Of a stretch of DNA of 64,000 nt, positions 25,781-37,385 are shown piece by piece. The number at the start of each line of letters is the position of its first letter. The stretch's first letter is position 1. The DNA comes from Eledone cirrhosa (taxonomy: Eukaryota), in the NCBI GenBank assembly GCA_964016885.1, contig OZ024742.1:129456001-129520000 (forward strand), given 5' to 3'. A model generated the notes under the pieces. The model had not been told where the DNA came from and made no database searches. It was given only the letters and a program-made list of their open reading frames with translations. The translations under genes were made by a program, and so were the position numbers.

Positions 25781-26845
25781 TCATCATCATCATCATCAAC
25801 GTTTAACGTCCGTGTTCCACGCTTGCATGGGTTTGGACGGGGGTAGTCCCACTTGAGGCAAGAGTGATTGTCTTGCTCGCATAGGACTGTCTGGCAGGTT
25901 TTCTACAGTTGGATGCCCTTCCTAACACCAACTACATTTACAGTGTGGGTCTGGGAGGTTTTTACCGTGTTGCCTACACGGCCACATTACAGCGTGGACT
26001 GTGTGTTTTTTTGTCGTGACACCTACACGATCTCATTTGTTTCGGCCTCGATGGCGCGGCACCAACATAACTTTACATAGAACGGGGTGGTGTGGATGGG
26101 GTGGGGTGGTGGTGGTGGGACGGGGTGTATTTTGTTAGAGATGCCTACTGGCTGGAGTAGGTTTTACTATATATTTAGGTAGGCGGGTCTTCTCTGTTAC
26201 TGAGTACCGCCAAAGGTCTCGGTCCAGTGACATTGTCTTGGAGAGGTGTAAGTGTGTGATGTCGGAGTTTATCAGCTCGTCCCAGGTTTTTCTAGGTCTG
26301 CCTATTCCGTGACTACCGTCTATCTTTATTGCCCTGCACTTTGTTATACAGCTATCGACTTTCATGCGCATCACGTGTCCATACCAACGTAGCCTTCTCT
26401 CGAGTAAACAACATCTGATCCCTCTTATCTCTAATTTTTTCCTTAGTTCGTTTATGCTTTGCCGTTCACGTATATTACTGTTACACATCCAGCGGAGCAT
26501 GCAAGCTTCGTTCCTCTCTAGTCTGCGTATATCCTCTGCACACAATGCCCAGGTCTCACTGCCATGCAGCATTGCTGTTCGTATGCAGGCATCGTACAAC
26601 CTGCCTTTCATTTTTAGGGAGAACCCTTTAGCAGCTAATAGTGGTATAAGCTCTCTGAACTTTTTCCAACCAGTTCTGACTCTAGCTACTGTACTTTCAG
26701 AGCACCCTCCCCCACTGCTGATTTTATCGCCCAGGTAACGGAAGCTGTCCACTATTTCTATAGAACCCTCTGCGCAATTGAAAGAGCTAGTATTTTGTGG
26801 GCACTTGCTGCTACTTATTGCACCAGAACACCGGCCACATGTAAA
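25778..26845 (-). mobile_element. 5'-truncated RTE LINE (C-terminal ORF 26135-26752, 3' UTR, (TGA)n tail)
   Basis: DSFRYLGDKISSGGGCSES...HGSETWAL...RRLRWYGHVMRM...GRPRKTW. Tail-to-tail with the 23162 copy across a (TA)n tract. Confidence 0.92.
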
Positions 26846-26856
26846 ATCTATATATA

Positions 26857-26887
26857 TCTTAAGATAAAAATAACAGGTCCATTCTTG

Positions 26888-26943
<56 letters not shown>

Positions 26944-27150
26944 CAAGAATGGACCTGTTATTTTTATCTTAAGACATTTTTTCTAATTCCACCCTGCCTG
27001 TCCCTTCAATGTATCTTATTTCTCATTCTTTCTTCTGATGAAGGGCTAGCATCCAAAATGTTAAAACCCTCTTCCTGCTATTTCAAGTGTTAACCTAATA
27101 TATTCCTTCCATATACTGTACCGATTGTGTTGCTATTTCTGTTTACCTTT
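26857..27150 (+). mobile_element. PLE pseudo-LTR fragment with inverted 34-bp copy around (AT)n and a decayed hammerhead
   Basis: 26857-26890 is the reverse complement of 26941-26974. CTGATGAAGGGCTAGCATCCAAAATGTT at ~27035. Homologous to 46895-47060, which lies downstream of a PLE RT fragment. Confidence 0.7.
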
Positions 27151-27285
27151 TACATACATATGTATATATATATATGTGTATATATATATATATATATGTG
27201 TGTATATATATATATTATATAGTTATAGAGGTATTTATTTACGCTTTAATTTATATCTCTCTCTAGTGTGTTACCTTTTCAACAT

Positions 27286-27331
<46 letters not shown>

Positions 27332-27752
27332 CACATTTATTTTATTAAGGCTAAATAGTGAGACTTATTACTCTGGAGTTTCCCCTGTTTCTCACCAAAT
27401 GACTCATCGAATTACTCCATAAATCTTTCTCTTGAAACCAATATAATATATATATATACATTGAGCTAATTCTGAAAAGACATGGAAATTATATACTCTC
27501 ATATATAATTCTCTACAAACTTATGAGATTTGTATATTTAGTTTAACCTTTGCTAGATGTATATATATATATATATATATATTTCGTTTCTGAATAATAA
27601 ATAAATAAATAAACAAATAGATAAATGAACACAAACACACACAGACACCCAGATGTGGCGCATGCGCAAACTGAACACACAACACACACACAGAAACAAA
27701 ATGGCGTAGGATAGAAGAAAGGAAAGGCACAGAAACAAAGAAAGGAATCCCC

Positions 27753-27797
27753 AGTCACTGAAGAGGTCACAGAGTGTGTGACGAAAGGACTATGACT
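27753..27797 (+). ncRNA. Minimal type I hammerhead ribozyme
   Basis: AGTCA-CTGAAGA-G-GTCACA(GAGTG)TGTGAC-GAAA-GGAC-TA-TGACT: 5-bp stem I, 6-bp stem II, very short stem III. Related copy on the minus strand at ~32862-32910. Confidence 0.6.
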
Positions 27798-28064
27798 ATA
27801 TATGAACAACTATCTGGTTGTGGAACCAACCAACCAACCAGAAATTTATAAGTTTGTAGATTTGTAAATTTATAAATTTATAAATATATAATAAATTGAA
27901 GTGAAAGCAACTGGTGTGTGTGTTTCTTATTGGCAACATGACCCTCCCAAAGTATAACAATATATATATATATATGTATATATAAAACGAAGGAAGTGTG
28001 GTAAGGAACCAGTGGACCATAACGCACCAGAGTACTCAATACTTAGGGTAGTAGAGTGGGTAAC

Positions 28065-28172
28065 AGGAAAATATTCAACCCCGACGGCAGAGCTCAAGCC
28101 GTTTCGACAGCTATTTCCAGAAATAGCCGTCGAAACGGCTTGAGCTCTGCCGTCGGGGTTAAACATTTTCCT
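28065..28172. repeat. Near-perfect ~52-bp-arm palindrome
   Basis: GGAAAATATTCAACCCCGACGGCAGAGCTCAAGCCGTTTCGACAGCTATTTC / GAAATAGCCGTCGAAACGGCTTGAGCTCTGCCGTCGGGGTTAAACATTTTCC. Confidence 0.9.
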
Positions 28173-28266
28173 ATATATATAATTAGACACACACATACAT
28201 CATATAACAAATTTCTGTTTTTTCTGTTTTCCATACTGGCATAAGTTAAAGGGTTGGATATATATT

Positions 28267-28336
<70 letters not shown>

Positions 28337-28794
28337 TATCAAGCGCGGAAGATAGCCGTTAAACGATGATGATGATGTATATGTATATATATACAAATGT
28401 TCATACACAGGGTACTAATACATAGCCCTCTTCAATCTTCCAAAGCCCTCCCCCCTCCAATACTTATCACTATCATATCATCTGCCCTCCCTCATTTATT
28501 TCTATCTACTGCTACATCCATCACCACCACCACCACCACCACCATGCTCCAGGCCCCACTCTCCCATCCACACCCTGAAGAAAGGAAGAGGAAGAACCTT
28601 AGATTACTAACAAAATCTTAAAACCATGTCTGATACCCACTCACTGTAACTAACTTACTTCTAGTATCTTGCCCTTAACTTCTAAGGTCCCCATCTCAGC
28701 TCACATCAGGACTTATCTTTTACAATTTACAACTTACTCAACTAGATATCAAACCTCTTATCTCTTAATGTGTAGGTGCGCATGTGTGTATCTG

Positions 28795-28934
<140 letters not shown>

Positions 28935-29559
28935 ATTTGGGCACAGACTCTTTTAAATGCATGTTTAGTTGAATTTGAGTAAGGGTATGAATGTGTGGGA
29001 ATATATATATATATCTAATTATCCTGAGTTGGTTTTTCTCGTTGCTTTGCTCCTTGCGGCTGGCTTACCAGTCGCAGTCTTCAATTTGCAAAGCTGCCTA
29101 AACGTAATGTTATTACTTTAAGGTAAAATACCTTATTGAGTGCTTAGCTGTACATTCCGATTGCATTCATTAGCTTAGCTGCAGCCAGAGCTTCGATTAT
29201 GCTGAACTTCCATTTGTATATATATATATATATATATAACTTTGAAAGGTTTCAGCCAGTATTGGCCCAGGCCATGTCTAACTTAATAGCACCACCTGGT
29301 AAAGTCTTTCAAATCGGTAGAAACAATTATATATATATATATATATATAGTATATAAAAGGCAGTGGATTGGCAGTATTGGTGGAGCAATGGACATGTTT
29401 TGCAGCATAGAGTTATGGCCTTTTACATTCAAATCCCACCGAGGTTAAGTTTGCCTTTCATCCTTGTAGGTTCAATAAAATAAAGCACCAGTAATACACT
29501 GGCGTAATTGCTGGACTTGTGCCAAAAAAAGTAACAATTATATATATATATATATATAG

Positions 29560-29895
29560 AGGCACATGGCTTAGTGGTTAGAGCATTGGCCTTGCAATCG
29601 AAAGGTTGTGGGTTCAATTCTCAGACCAGGTGATGTGTTGTTTCCTTGAGCAAGACACTTTATTTCACATTGCTCCAGTTTACTCAGCTGTAGAAATGAG
29701 ATGATAGGGACTGGGGTCCCTATCATTCCACTGTAAAGTGGTCGTGGAGGTGCCACGGCAAAAAAGCACCCAGCACTCACTGTAAATGAGGTTGGTGTTA
29801 GGAAGGGCATCCAGCTGTAGAAATCAAGCCAGAATCAGTTCCCGTCCCACCCTTGCAAGCAGGGAAAAGCAGACGTAAAATGATGATGATGATGA
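29560..29895 (+). mobile_element. tRNA-derived SINE with CORE-like domain and RTE-type 3' tail
   Basis: A-box TGGCTTAGTGG, B-box GGTTCAATTCT, CCTTGAGCAAGACACTTTA, and tail CCCGTCCCACCCTTGCAAGCAGGGAAAAGC..(TGA)n matching the end of the RTE at 46135. Full copy on the minus strand at ~46410-46855; heads at 41533-41650, ~48780-48935, ~50875-51000. Confidence 0.85.
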
Positions 29896-31011
29896 TATAT
29901 AAAATTCATAGGGATATATGTATATATTTAGACATATATCTAGACATAGTCACAGATACATATATGAGTGTGGCTACCTTTCACGGTGTGGCTCAATGAA
30001 AAATTCAATTAAGCAAATAATTATTAATGAGAGCTGTATATAAAATTGCAAGTTTGAAGAATTATTAGATAAAATATATACAGTCTTTCTTCACCATATT
30101 CCGTAGAAATCAACCAGATAAATAATCATTTAAACAAGGCTATAAGTTTAAAATGTAACTATGAAGAAATAATAGACAAATGATACAGATTATTTTCTGC
30201 GAGGAACAGTCAGATAAAATTTATCTAGTCATTCCTTTTAGCCCGTAGAAATTAATCAATTAAACGGAGCTAGGTCTAAAATATAAGTTAGAAGAAAAAA
30301 TGTATATAAACTTCACCAAAATTCGTCTAGTCCTGACTGTTGACAGTTTCGCTCGTATTTTGTGGGTATATCCGATCCTGGTATTATCCATGAGGCTTCG
30401 AGCTTATCAAGAGACCCCTCAGTTTTGGACTAAAATTTCTACAGTGATCACCGCCAGAAATGAAGTCAAAAATGCCTAAGTATCATCACGTGGCTAGTGG
30501 TCAAAGTAGAAGGTTGTGAATGGTGGCCAGGCGGCAAGTAGGCTGGCTGCTAGAAAGCGCAGCCAGATACTGCCTAAAGTTTTACTCTACCGTACGAGAG
30601 TATATATAAAATTCATAGGGATATATGTATATATTTAGACATATATTTAGACATAGTCACAGATACATATATAAGTGTGGCTACCTTTCACGGTGTGGCT
30701 CAATGAAAAATTTAATTAAGCAAATAATTATTAATAATTGTTTCTACGTTAGGCACAAGGCCAGCAATTACCCAGTGCATTACTGGTACTTTATTTTATC
30801 GACCCCGTAAGGATGAAAGGCAAAGTCAACCTCGGCGGGATTGAACTCAGATCGTAAAGGGATGTAACTATGCTGGAAATAATTATTAATAATAGTTACA
30901 TTTTAAACTTATAGCCTCGTTTAAATGATTATTTATCTGGTTGATTTCTACGGGCTAGGGTGAGGAAAATCTGGGTATATTTTATCTAATAATTCTTCAA
31001 ACTTGCAATTT

Positions 31012-31015
<4 letters not shown>
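29896..31015. mobile_element. Non-coding PLE/retrozyme-like unit with direct and inverted repeats and a hammerhead
   Basis: Direct repeat ~29896-30027 / 30601-30737. Inverted repeat ~30036-30161 / 30892-31015. A SINE inserted at 30739-30876 has TSD AAATAATTATTAATAAT. Confidence 0.65.
30329..30416 (-). ncRNA. Type I hammerhead-like motif, U3:A8 variant
   Basis: Minus strand GGTCTC-TTGATAA-GCTCG...CGAGC-GAAA-CTG(TCAA)CAG-TC-AGGACT. Stems II and III are good; the first pair of stem I is mismatched. Confidence 0.6.
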
Positions 31016-31044
<29 letters not shown>

Positions 31045-31350
31045 ATTTATGTATGTGGATAAGCTTGTGCTGTGATGGCGAAAATTTGTTTTGCAAGGTT
31101 TTTTATATGAAATTGTGTGTTGAAACAAATATTGTTATATTTGGGGAGGTCATGTTGTTATAATATTGCCAGAAATATATAATAAAACATACTTATTGTT
31201 TGATTTGCATTGGTTTTCGCTTTCGTATATTTTATATCCCTATACTTAATTTAGCTGGCAATCAATGTTTATCATTGATTGACCAACCATTAAATATATA
31301 TATATATATATAATTATAAGTATGTACACGTTCATCTGGCAGGAAGGTAT

Positions 31351-31393
31351 ATGTTGCTGACGATAGCTAATAAGTTTGAAACTAGTACAGCGT
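31351..31393 (+). ncRNA. Minimal type I hammerhead ribozyme
   Basis: ATGTTG-CTGACGA-TAGCT(AATA)AGTTT-GAAA-CTAG-TA-CAGCGT. Palindromic stem III ACTAGT, 6-bp stem I with GU pairs, weak stem II. Lies between short inverted repeats ~31313-31331/31582-31599. Confidence 0.6.
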
Positions 31394-31670
31394 CCCTTTG
31401 TCAGTGTTGAACAAATGAGCAACGATGGTTGCTAGACACTACGGCTTAATGCGGGATGTTTGTTTACAAACACACCGAGCATTATAATAAATGTTCGGTG
31501 AATCCATACATACATATATATATGTCTGCATGTATGTATATATATACATACTACTGTACGTCTGTATACATATATGTATGTACGTGTACATACTTATATT
31601 TAAGTAACAGCTGTACTAAGAGTGGGAAATGAAATTTTGTTTCATTTTTTCCGTTTATATAATTATAATT

Positions 31671-32234
31671 GAATATAAAAGAAAGACGAACACAGATATA
31701 TAGATATATGTGTTCAAATCGTAAGGGACCAGATTCGCTAAGGTGGAAAGAATACTATAGACAATAGGGTTTGCCTGACTCAATTTAAGAATAAATCAAG
31801 AAAATAAATACAAACCGGAATTGTGGTAACTACCAATCACCCAGGCAGCATTTGGTAATGCTGTTTCGCAAAATAAATTGTGAATAGGAATGCCAATTCT
31901 TGCTCATCAGATACCATGTGCATTGTTATATATAGCACACTATTCAGTTTCTTAATATACTTAGAAGTGTCTAGGATACTAATTCTTCACCCACTGATGA
32001 GCAAGAATTGGTATTCCTATTCACAATTAATTTTGCGAAACAGCACCAAAAGTTGTCTGGGTGATTGGTAGTTACCACAATTCCGGTTTGTATTTATTTT
32101 CTTGATTTATTCTTACATTGAGTCAGGCAAACCCTATTGTCTATAGTTAGTATTCTTTTCACCTTAGCGAATCTGGTCCCTTACGATTTGAACACATATA
32201 TGTATATATCTGTGTTCGTTTTTCTTTTATATTC
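31671..32234. mobile_element. Fold-back element with ~240-bp inverted arms (31671-31910 / 31994-32234)
   Basis: The arms are reverse complements with few differences and carry a hammerhead. Confidence 0.85.
31987..32064 (+). ncRNA. Canonical type I hammerhead ribozyme
   Basis: TCACCCA-CTGATGA-GCAAGAATT...AATTTTGC-GAAA-CAGC(ACCAAAA)GTTG-TC-TGGGTGA. Perfect 7-bp stem I; GUC at 32055-32057. Confidence 0.85.
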
Positions 32235-32373
32235 TATTATAATATACGGCTCGGAAAAATCTCTTTCTTAGAGCTATTTTATTGTAAGAGACTATTTTGA
32301 GTTTCTAACACAATATATACCTTTGTTATAATTCTGGCAATATTACACAAATATGACCCTCCCCAAGTATAAC

Positions 32374-32404
<31 letters not shown>

Positions 32405-32486
32405 GAGGTGAGTTTTATTGTAGTACAATAAAGCAATGAAGATATCGGATAAGAAGCACTCTACAGTTTGTAGGACTGGAGTATGC

Positions 32487-32822
32487 ATAATATAAGATCA
32501 AAAGATGGTTAAAGGAGTTCCATGTATTTTATTATGCGCATTTCAAAAACAAACATCATCATGCAATAATATTTGTGTTTTCATCAGATAAAACAGGAGA
32601 ACATGATATGAAGGCTAAAAAACACTTGTGGATAGTGCAGTTTTAAATCAACATATGTTGATATGTTGATTTAAAACTGCACTATCCACAAGTGTTTTTT
32701 AGCCTTCATATCATGTTCTCCTGTTTTATCTGATGAAAACACAAATATTATTGCATGATGAAGTTTGTTTTTGAAATGCGCATAATAAAATACATGGAAC
32801 TCCTTTAACCATCTTTTGATCT

Positions 32823-32830
<8 letters not shown>
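32487..32830. mobile_element. Near-perfect palindrome of a ~170-bp hammerhead-bearing unit; a single unit recurs at 58239-58408
   Basis: Arms 32487-32656 / 32661-32830 are reverse complements; right end abuts (TA)n. Confidence 0.9.
32724..32790 (+). ncRNA. Type I hammerhead ribozyme with palindromic stem III
   Basis: TTTTAT-CTGATGA-AAACACAAAT...GTTTGTTTTT-GAAA-TGCGCA-TA-ATAAAA. Antisense copies at ~32527-32594 and ~58279-58345. Confidence 0.7.
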
Positions 32831-32870
<40 letters not shown>

Positions 32871-33684
32871 ACAGTTCTTTCGTCACACACCTGTGACATC
32901 ATCAGTGATACTATTATGTTTCCTTCCGATGTATTGTAATGTTTACTTATTTTATTATTTGTTTGTTTATTTATTTATTTATTTATTTATTTATTTTTGT
33001 CGCTGTTCGCACATGCATTTCTGTCCTTGTTTTCTATTTGTGGGTGTTTGAAACCTCAAGGTGGTAAATAGGTGTGCTAGAAATAGCAGCTAAGAGGGGA
33101 GAACATCATGGTAGTCCATAGGTGTCCTAGAAATAGCAGCTAAATCAAGCGTTAACCTAATATATCCCCTTCCATATACTGTACCGATTATGTTGTTATT
33201 TCTGTTTACGCTTTAAATACATATATATATACTTACATATATATATACTTACATATATATACTACATATATATATATACTTACTTATACATAATATAAAC
33301 ACACACATACATACTTACATACATGCATGTACATATTATAAACACACATACACATACATGTAGACCTACTGTAGTTACTATACTGAAGTGCAGCAAAACA
33401 ACAGTTATGAAAGACTTGACACTGATAGAGTTACTGCTGGATGAGAGCTGACTACAGATTAAACAACAACACCAACAACTACAAGAACTAATTAGTGAGC
33501 CTCGAAGCAGTTCCTAGACATGGAAGAAGTAGCAACCTAATTTCCCTCAAATCACACTCTATTGACTTAAATGAAAAATAAAAATAAGAGCATATTAGAC
33601 AACATGGTCCTTTATATCCAAAAGGTCTGCTGCTCAATCATGGGTGACTTCAGTCTAATCAGCAACTGTATATCTTATCTTATC

Positions 33685-34045
33685 TTTTGCCTTTAGGTGA
33701 GACAGCCAACACAATTTCACATCAACAGTCTCTGCTTCCCATCAAGGTTTGTAGGTCTCCCTTGTCAATGCCAGTGTCTCTTGCTATGGTATCTGAGCTG
33801 AAACCATTTCATTTTTTGTGCGGAAGCAGTGAACAGCAAACCTTGTACGACGTTCAATCAGCCATGCAATTACTTTTGGGATTTTTCTGTATATCTGATT
33901 AAGGATGGGATGGGATTGCCAAGGAATATTTTGAGCCTTTCTCAAAAGGGTTGTGTAACATCCATCTAAACAGCTCTGTAGATGGGAGGTCCACGTCTTA
34001 GAACCATAGTGAAAGATAGGTTCTACTATTGTTCTAAACTGCAAT
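33685..34045 (-). mobile_element. Degenerate RTE-like LINE 3' fragment (separate family)
   Basis: FRTIVEPIFHYGSKTWT...LDGCYTTLLRKAQNIPWQSH...ERRTRFAVHCFR. Confidence 0.7.
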
Positions 34046-34607
34046 AACAACAGTAACACCAACAACAATCAAATCAGCAAGAAACGTTGCAATAAAAGAA
34101 GCCTCTGTGTCATCAGTTTCCAATCTATGGCCCATGTATCACTTGTCTGATCTGGTCATTTCCCATCTTTGTTGTTGAGGGTAAGGAATCAAGGACATTT
34201 GCACCAATTCTCATTAACATGATGCCATATGTCCATGATTCTCGTTGGGGGAAAAAGTGATATTGAAGGGTCCTGAATCCTTGTCTGATCATTATTTAGA
34301 ACCTAGTACCAGTAATGCACTGGGTAATTGCTGGCCTTGTGCCTAAAGTAGAAACAATTATTTAGAACCTACTACCATGCCCACAGCTTATCCACCTTCA
34401 TCATAAGAAGCCATTGGCCACTTGAAAGGTTGTCACCAAGGTGACAAAGGAGTTCCATCTATTCCAGTTTTTAAATCAGAGTGAACCTTCTCCCAGACAG
34501 ACTGCCAACCAAGGCTAACAAGTTCTGTCAACCAGTTTTTTTTTACTCTTTACTAAATGGATGTTGACTCTCCTGAGCTTGTTTGCCCATGGCAGGTTTT
34601 GTTTTTC

Positions 34608-34691
34608 ATCCCATAGGGTTTCCCATAGGGTATCCCATAGGGTATCCCATAGGGTATCCCATAGGGTATCCCATAGGGTATCCCATAGGGT
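34608..34691. repeat. 12-bp tandem repeat (TCCCATAGGGTA) x~7
   Basis: Directly visible. Confidence 0.9.
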
Positions 34692-35224
34692 GTCAAAATT
34701 CACCTTCTGCCCCTAGCAAACTTATCAGGGTTAAGACATTGCCATCAGACTGGTCTAGAGTCAGAACATGATAACCAATATACCCCATGCAAGCATGGAA
34801 AATAGATGTTACATGGTGTTAATGATAATGATGGTGATGATATTAAATGGCAGTGATGTTGATGTTGATGATGATGAGGATGATGATGATGAAGATGATG
34901 ATTATTATGTTGTTAAATGATAGTGATGATGATGATAATGATGAAATGGAGACCTTGGCAGTGAAAGGTTTGGGAACCACTGCTCTGTGTGGGCAATCAC
35001 TGAACCTGTTAGATATTACAGCTTACTGGGTTTTTTTGCTTCTTGAAAAAAGGAAAGTCACATTGAATAATACATTCTTAGATAGACTGTGACTGAAAGA
35101 AGACAAGATGGTGAAGGTTTTAACAAATTCAGTTATAAGTCTGCTTGATCAAGACAGAACTGGAGCCAATAACAACAGCAGCAGCAGCAACAACAACAGC
35201 AACAGCAGCAGTGTAGACAGAAAG

Positions 35225-35500
35225 TCTAAAGTACATCTCCAGCCTGGATTCTCAGCAGGCCAGTGTTTATCTTTGTGTCCGTGGTGTGAAGCGACCGAGA
35301 GTACAAGAATTCTTCCTGGACAGGACGCCAGTCCATTACAGAGGTTAATCCCTAGCTATTGCTGGCACTTATTTTCAGCTGAGTTTAGTGGATTAGTGTG
35401 AATTGTTTTGCTCAAGAACACAACACAACCCTATCAAGGAATCAAACCCACAACATTATGATTGTAAGTCCAATACTCTTACCACTGGGCCATATGCCTC
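35225..35500 (-). mobile_element. tRNA-type SINE with V-domain-like segment; second copy ~43790-44058
   Basis: Minus strand GGCCCAGTGGTAAGAG...GGGTTTGATTCC...TCTTGAGCAAAAC...ATGGACTGGCGTCCTGTCCAGG. Confidence 0.65.
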
Positions 35501-36004
35501 TAGGTGGAGTTTTAGGGTCATCGTTGGGAAATATATCTTGAGAATGTTAAGCCTAGCAGAGAAAATCCTCCTTCTGCATGTCTGATCATAGCTGATTTCT
35601 TCCAGAAAAAGAGAAAGAAAGTGAAAGAAGGAAAGCAAGAAAGATATATAGACGAAGAATTGACCTCAGTAAAGAACTGGAACTTTTTTATCAACCTTGA
35701 AAAGATGAAATGCAAAGTTTACCTCACCAGGATTTGAACTCAGAATGCAGCGAGCTGGAGCAAATAATGAGGTATTTAATCCAATGCCATAATGACTTAT
35801 TCAATGGAAATAGAGTAACATTCTTCAAACATTTCATTCTGCTTTTCAATATATGTAATTAGTGATTTATCCATATACACTTCTTCACACATACATATAT
35901 ATTGAAGTAGTAGTGTGTGTTAATGTGTGTGTTAGTGTGTGTGTTAGTGTGTGCATGCTAGTGTGCATATGTGTGTGTTAGTATGCATGTGTTTGTGCAT
36001 GTGT

Positions 36005-37385
36005 GTGTTAGTGTTTGTGTTAGTGCAAGTGTGTACTAGCGTGTTTGTGTTAGTGTATGTGTGTACTAGCGTGTTTGTGTTAGTGTATGTGTGTACTAGC
36101 GTGTTTGTGTTAGTGTATATGTGTACTAGTGTGTTTGTGTTAGTGTATGTGTGTACTAGCGTGTTTGTGTTAGTGTATGTGTGTACTAGCGTGTTTGTGT
36201 TAGTGTATGTGTGTATTAGCATGTTTGTGTTAGTGTATGTGTGTATTAGCGTGTTTGTGTTAGTGTATGTGTGTACTAGCGTGTTTGTGTTAGTGTATGT
36301 GTGTACTAGCGTGTTTGTGTTAGTGTATGTGTGTACTAGCGTGTTTGTGTTAGTGTATGTGTGTACTAGCGTGTTTGTGTTAGTGTATGTGTGTACTAGC
36401 GTGTTTGTGTTAGTTTATGTGTGTACTAGCGTGTTTGTGTTAGTGTATGTGTGTACTAGCGTGTTTGTGTTAGTGTATGTGTGTACTAGCGTGTTTGTGT
36501 TAGTTTATGTGTGTACTAGCGTGTTTGTGTTAGTGTATGTGTGTACTAGCGTGTTTGTGTTAGTGTATGTGTGTACTAGCGTGTTTGTGTTAGTTTATGT
36601 GTGTACTAGCGTGTTTGTGTTAGTGTATGTGTGTACTAGCGTGTTTGTGTTAGTTTATGTGTGTACTAGCGTGTTTGTGTTAGTGTATGTGTGTACTAGC
36701 GTGTTTGTGTTAGTGTATGTGTGTACTAGCGTGTTTGTGTTAGTTTATGTGTGTACTAGCGTGTTTGTGTTAGTGTATGTGTGTACTAGCGTGTTTGTGT
36801 TAGTGTATGTGTGTACTAGCGTGTTTGTGTTAGTGTATGTGTGTACTAGCGTGTTTGTGTTAGTGTATGTATGTACTAGCATGTTTGTGTTAGTGTATGT
36901 GTGTACTAGCGTGTTTGTGTTAGTGTATGTGTGTACTAGTGTGTTTGTGTTAGTGTATGTGTGTACTAGCGTGTTTGTGTTAGTGTATGTGTGTACTAGC
37001 GTGTTTGTGTTAGTGTATGTGTGTACTAGCATGTTTGTGTTAGTGTATGTGTTTACTAGCGTGTTTGTGTTAGTGTATGTGTGTACTAGTGTGTTTGTGT
37101 TAGTGTATGTGTGTACTAGCGTATTTGTGTTAGTGTATGTGTGTAAACAGTGTGTTTGTGTTAGTGTATGTGTGTACTAGCGTATTTGTGTTAGTGTATG
37201 TGTGTACTAGTGTGTTTGTGTTAGTGTATGTGTGTATTAGTGTGTTTGTGTTAGTGCATGTGTGTACTAGCGTGTTTGTGTTAGTGTATGTGTGTACTAG
37301 CGTGTTTGTGTTAGTGTATGTGTGTACTAGCATGTTTGTGTTAGTGTATGTGTGTACTAGTGTGTTTGTGTTAGTGTATGTGTAT
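36005..37385. repeat. 30-bp minisatellite (GTGTACTAGCGTGTTTGTGTTAGTGTATGT) x~45, with degenerate GT-rich flanks to ~37750
   Basis: Directly visible, highly homogeneous. Confidence 0.95.

Noticed and set aside
29050-29090. Hairpin TGCGGCTGG/CCAGTCGCA next to TTGAAGA on the minus strand, hammerhead-like
   Set aside because: The GAAA half and stem III are not recognisable; too decayed to call.
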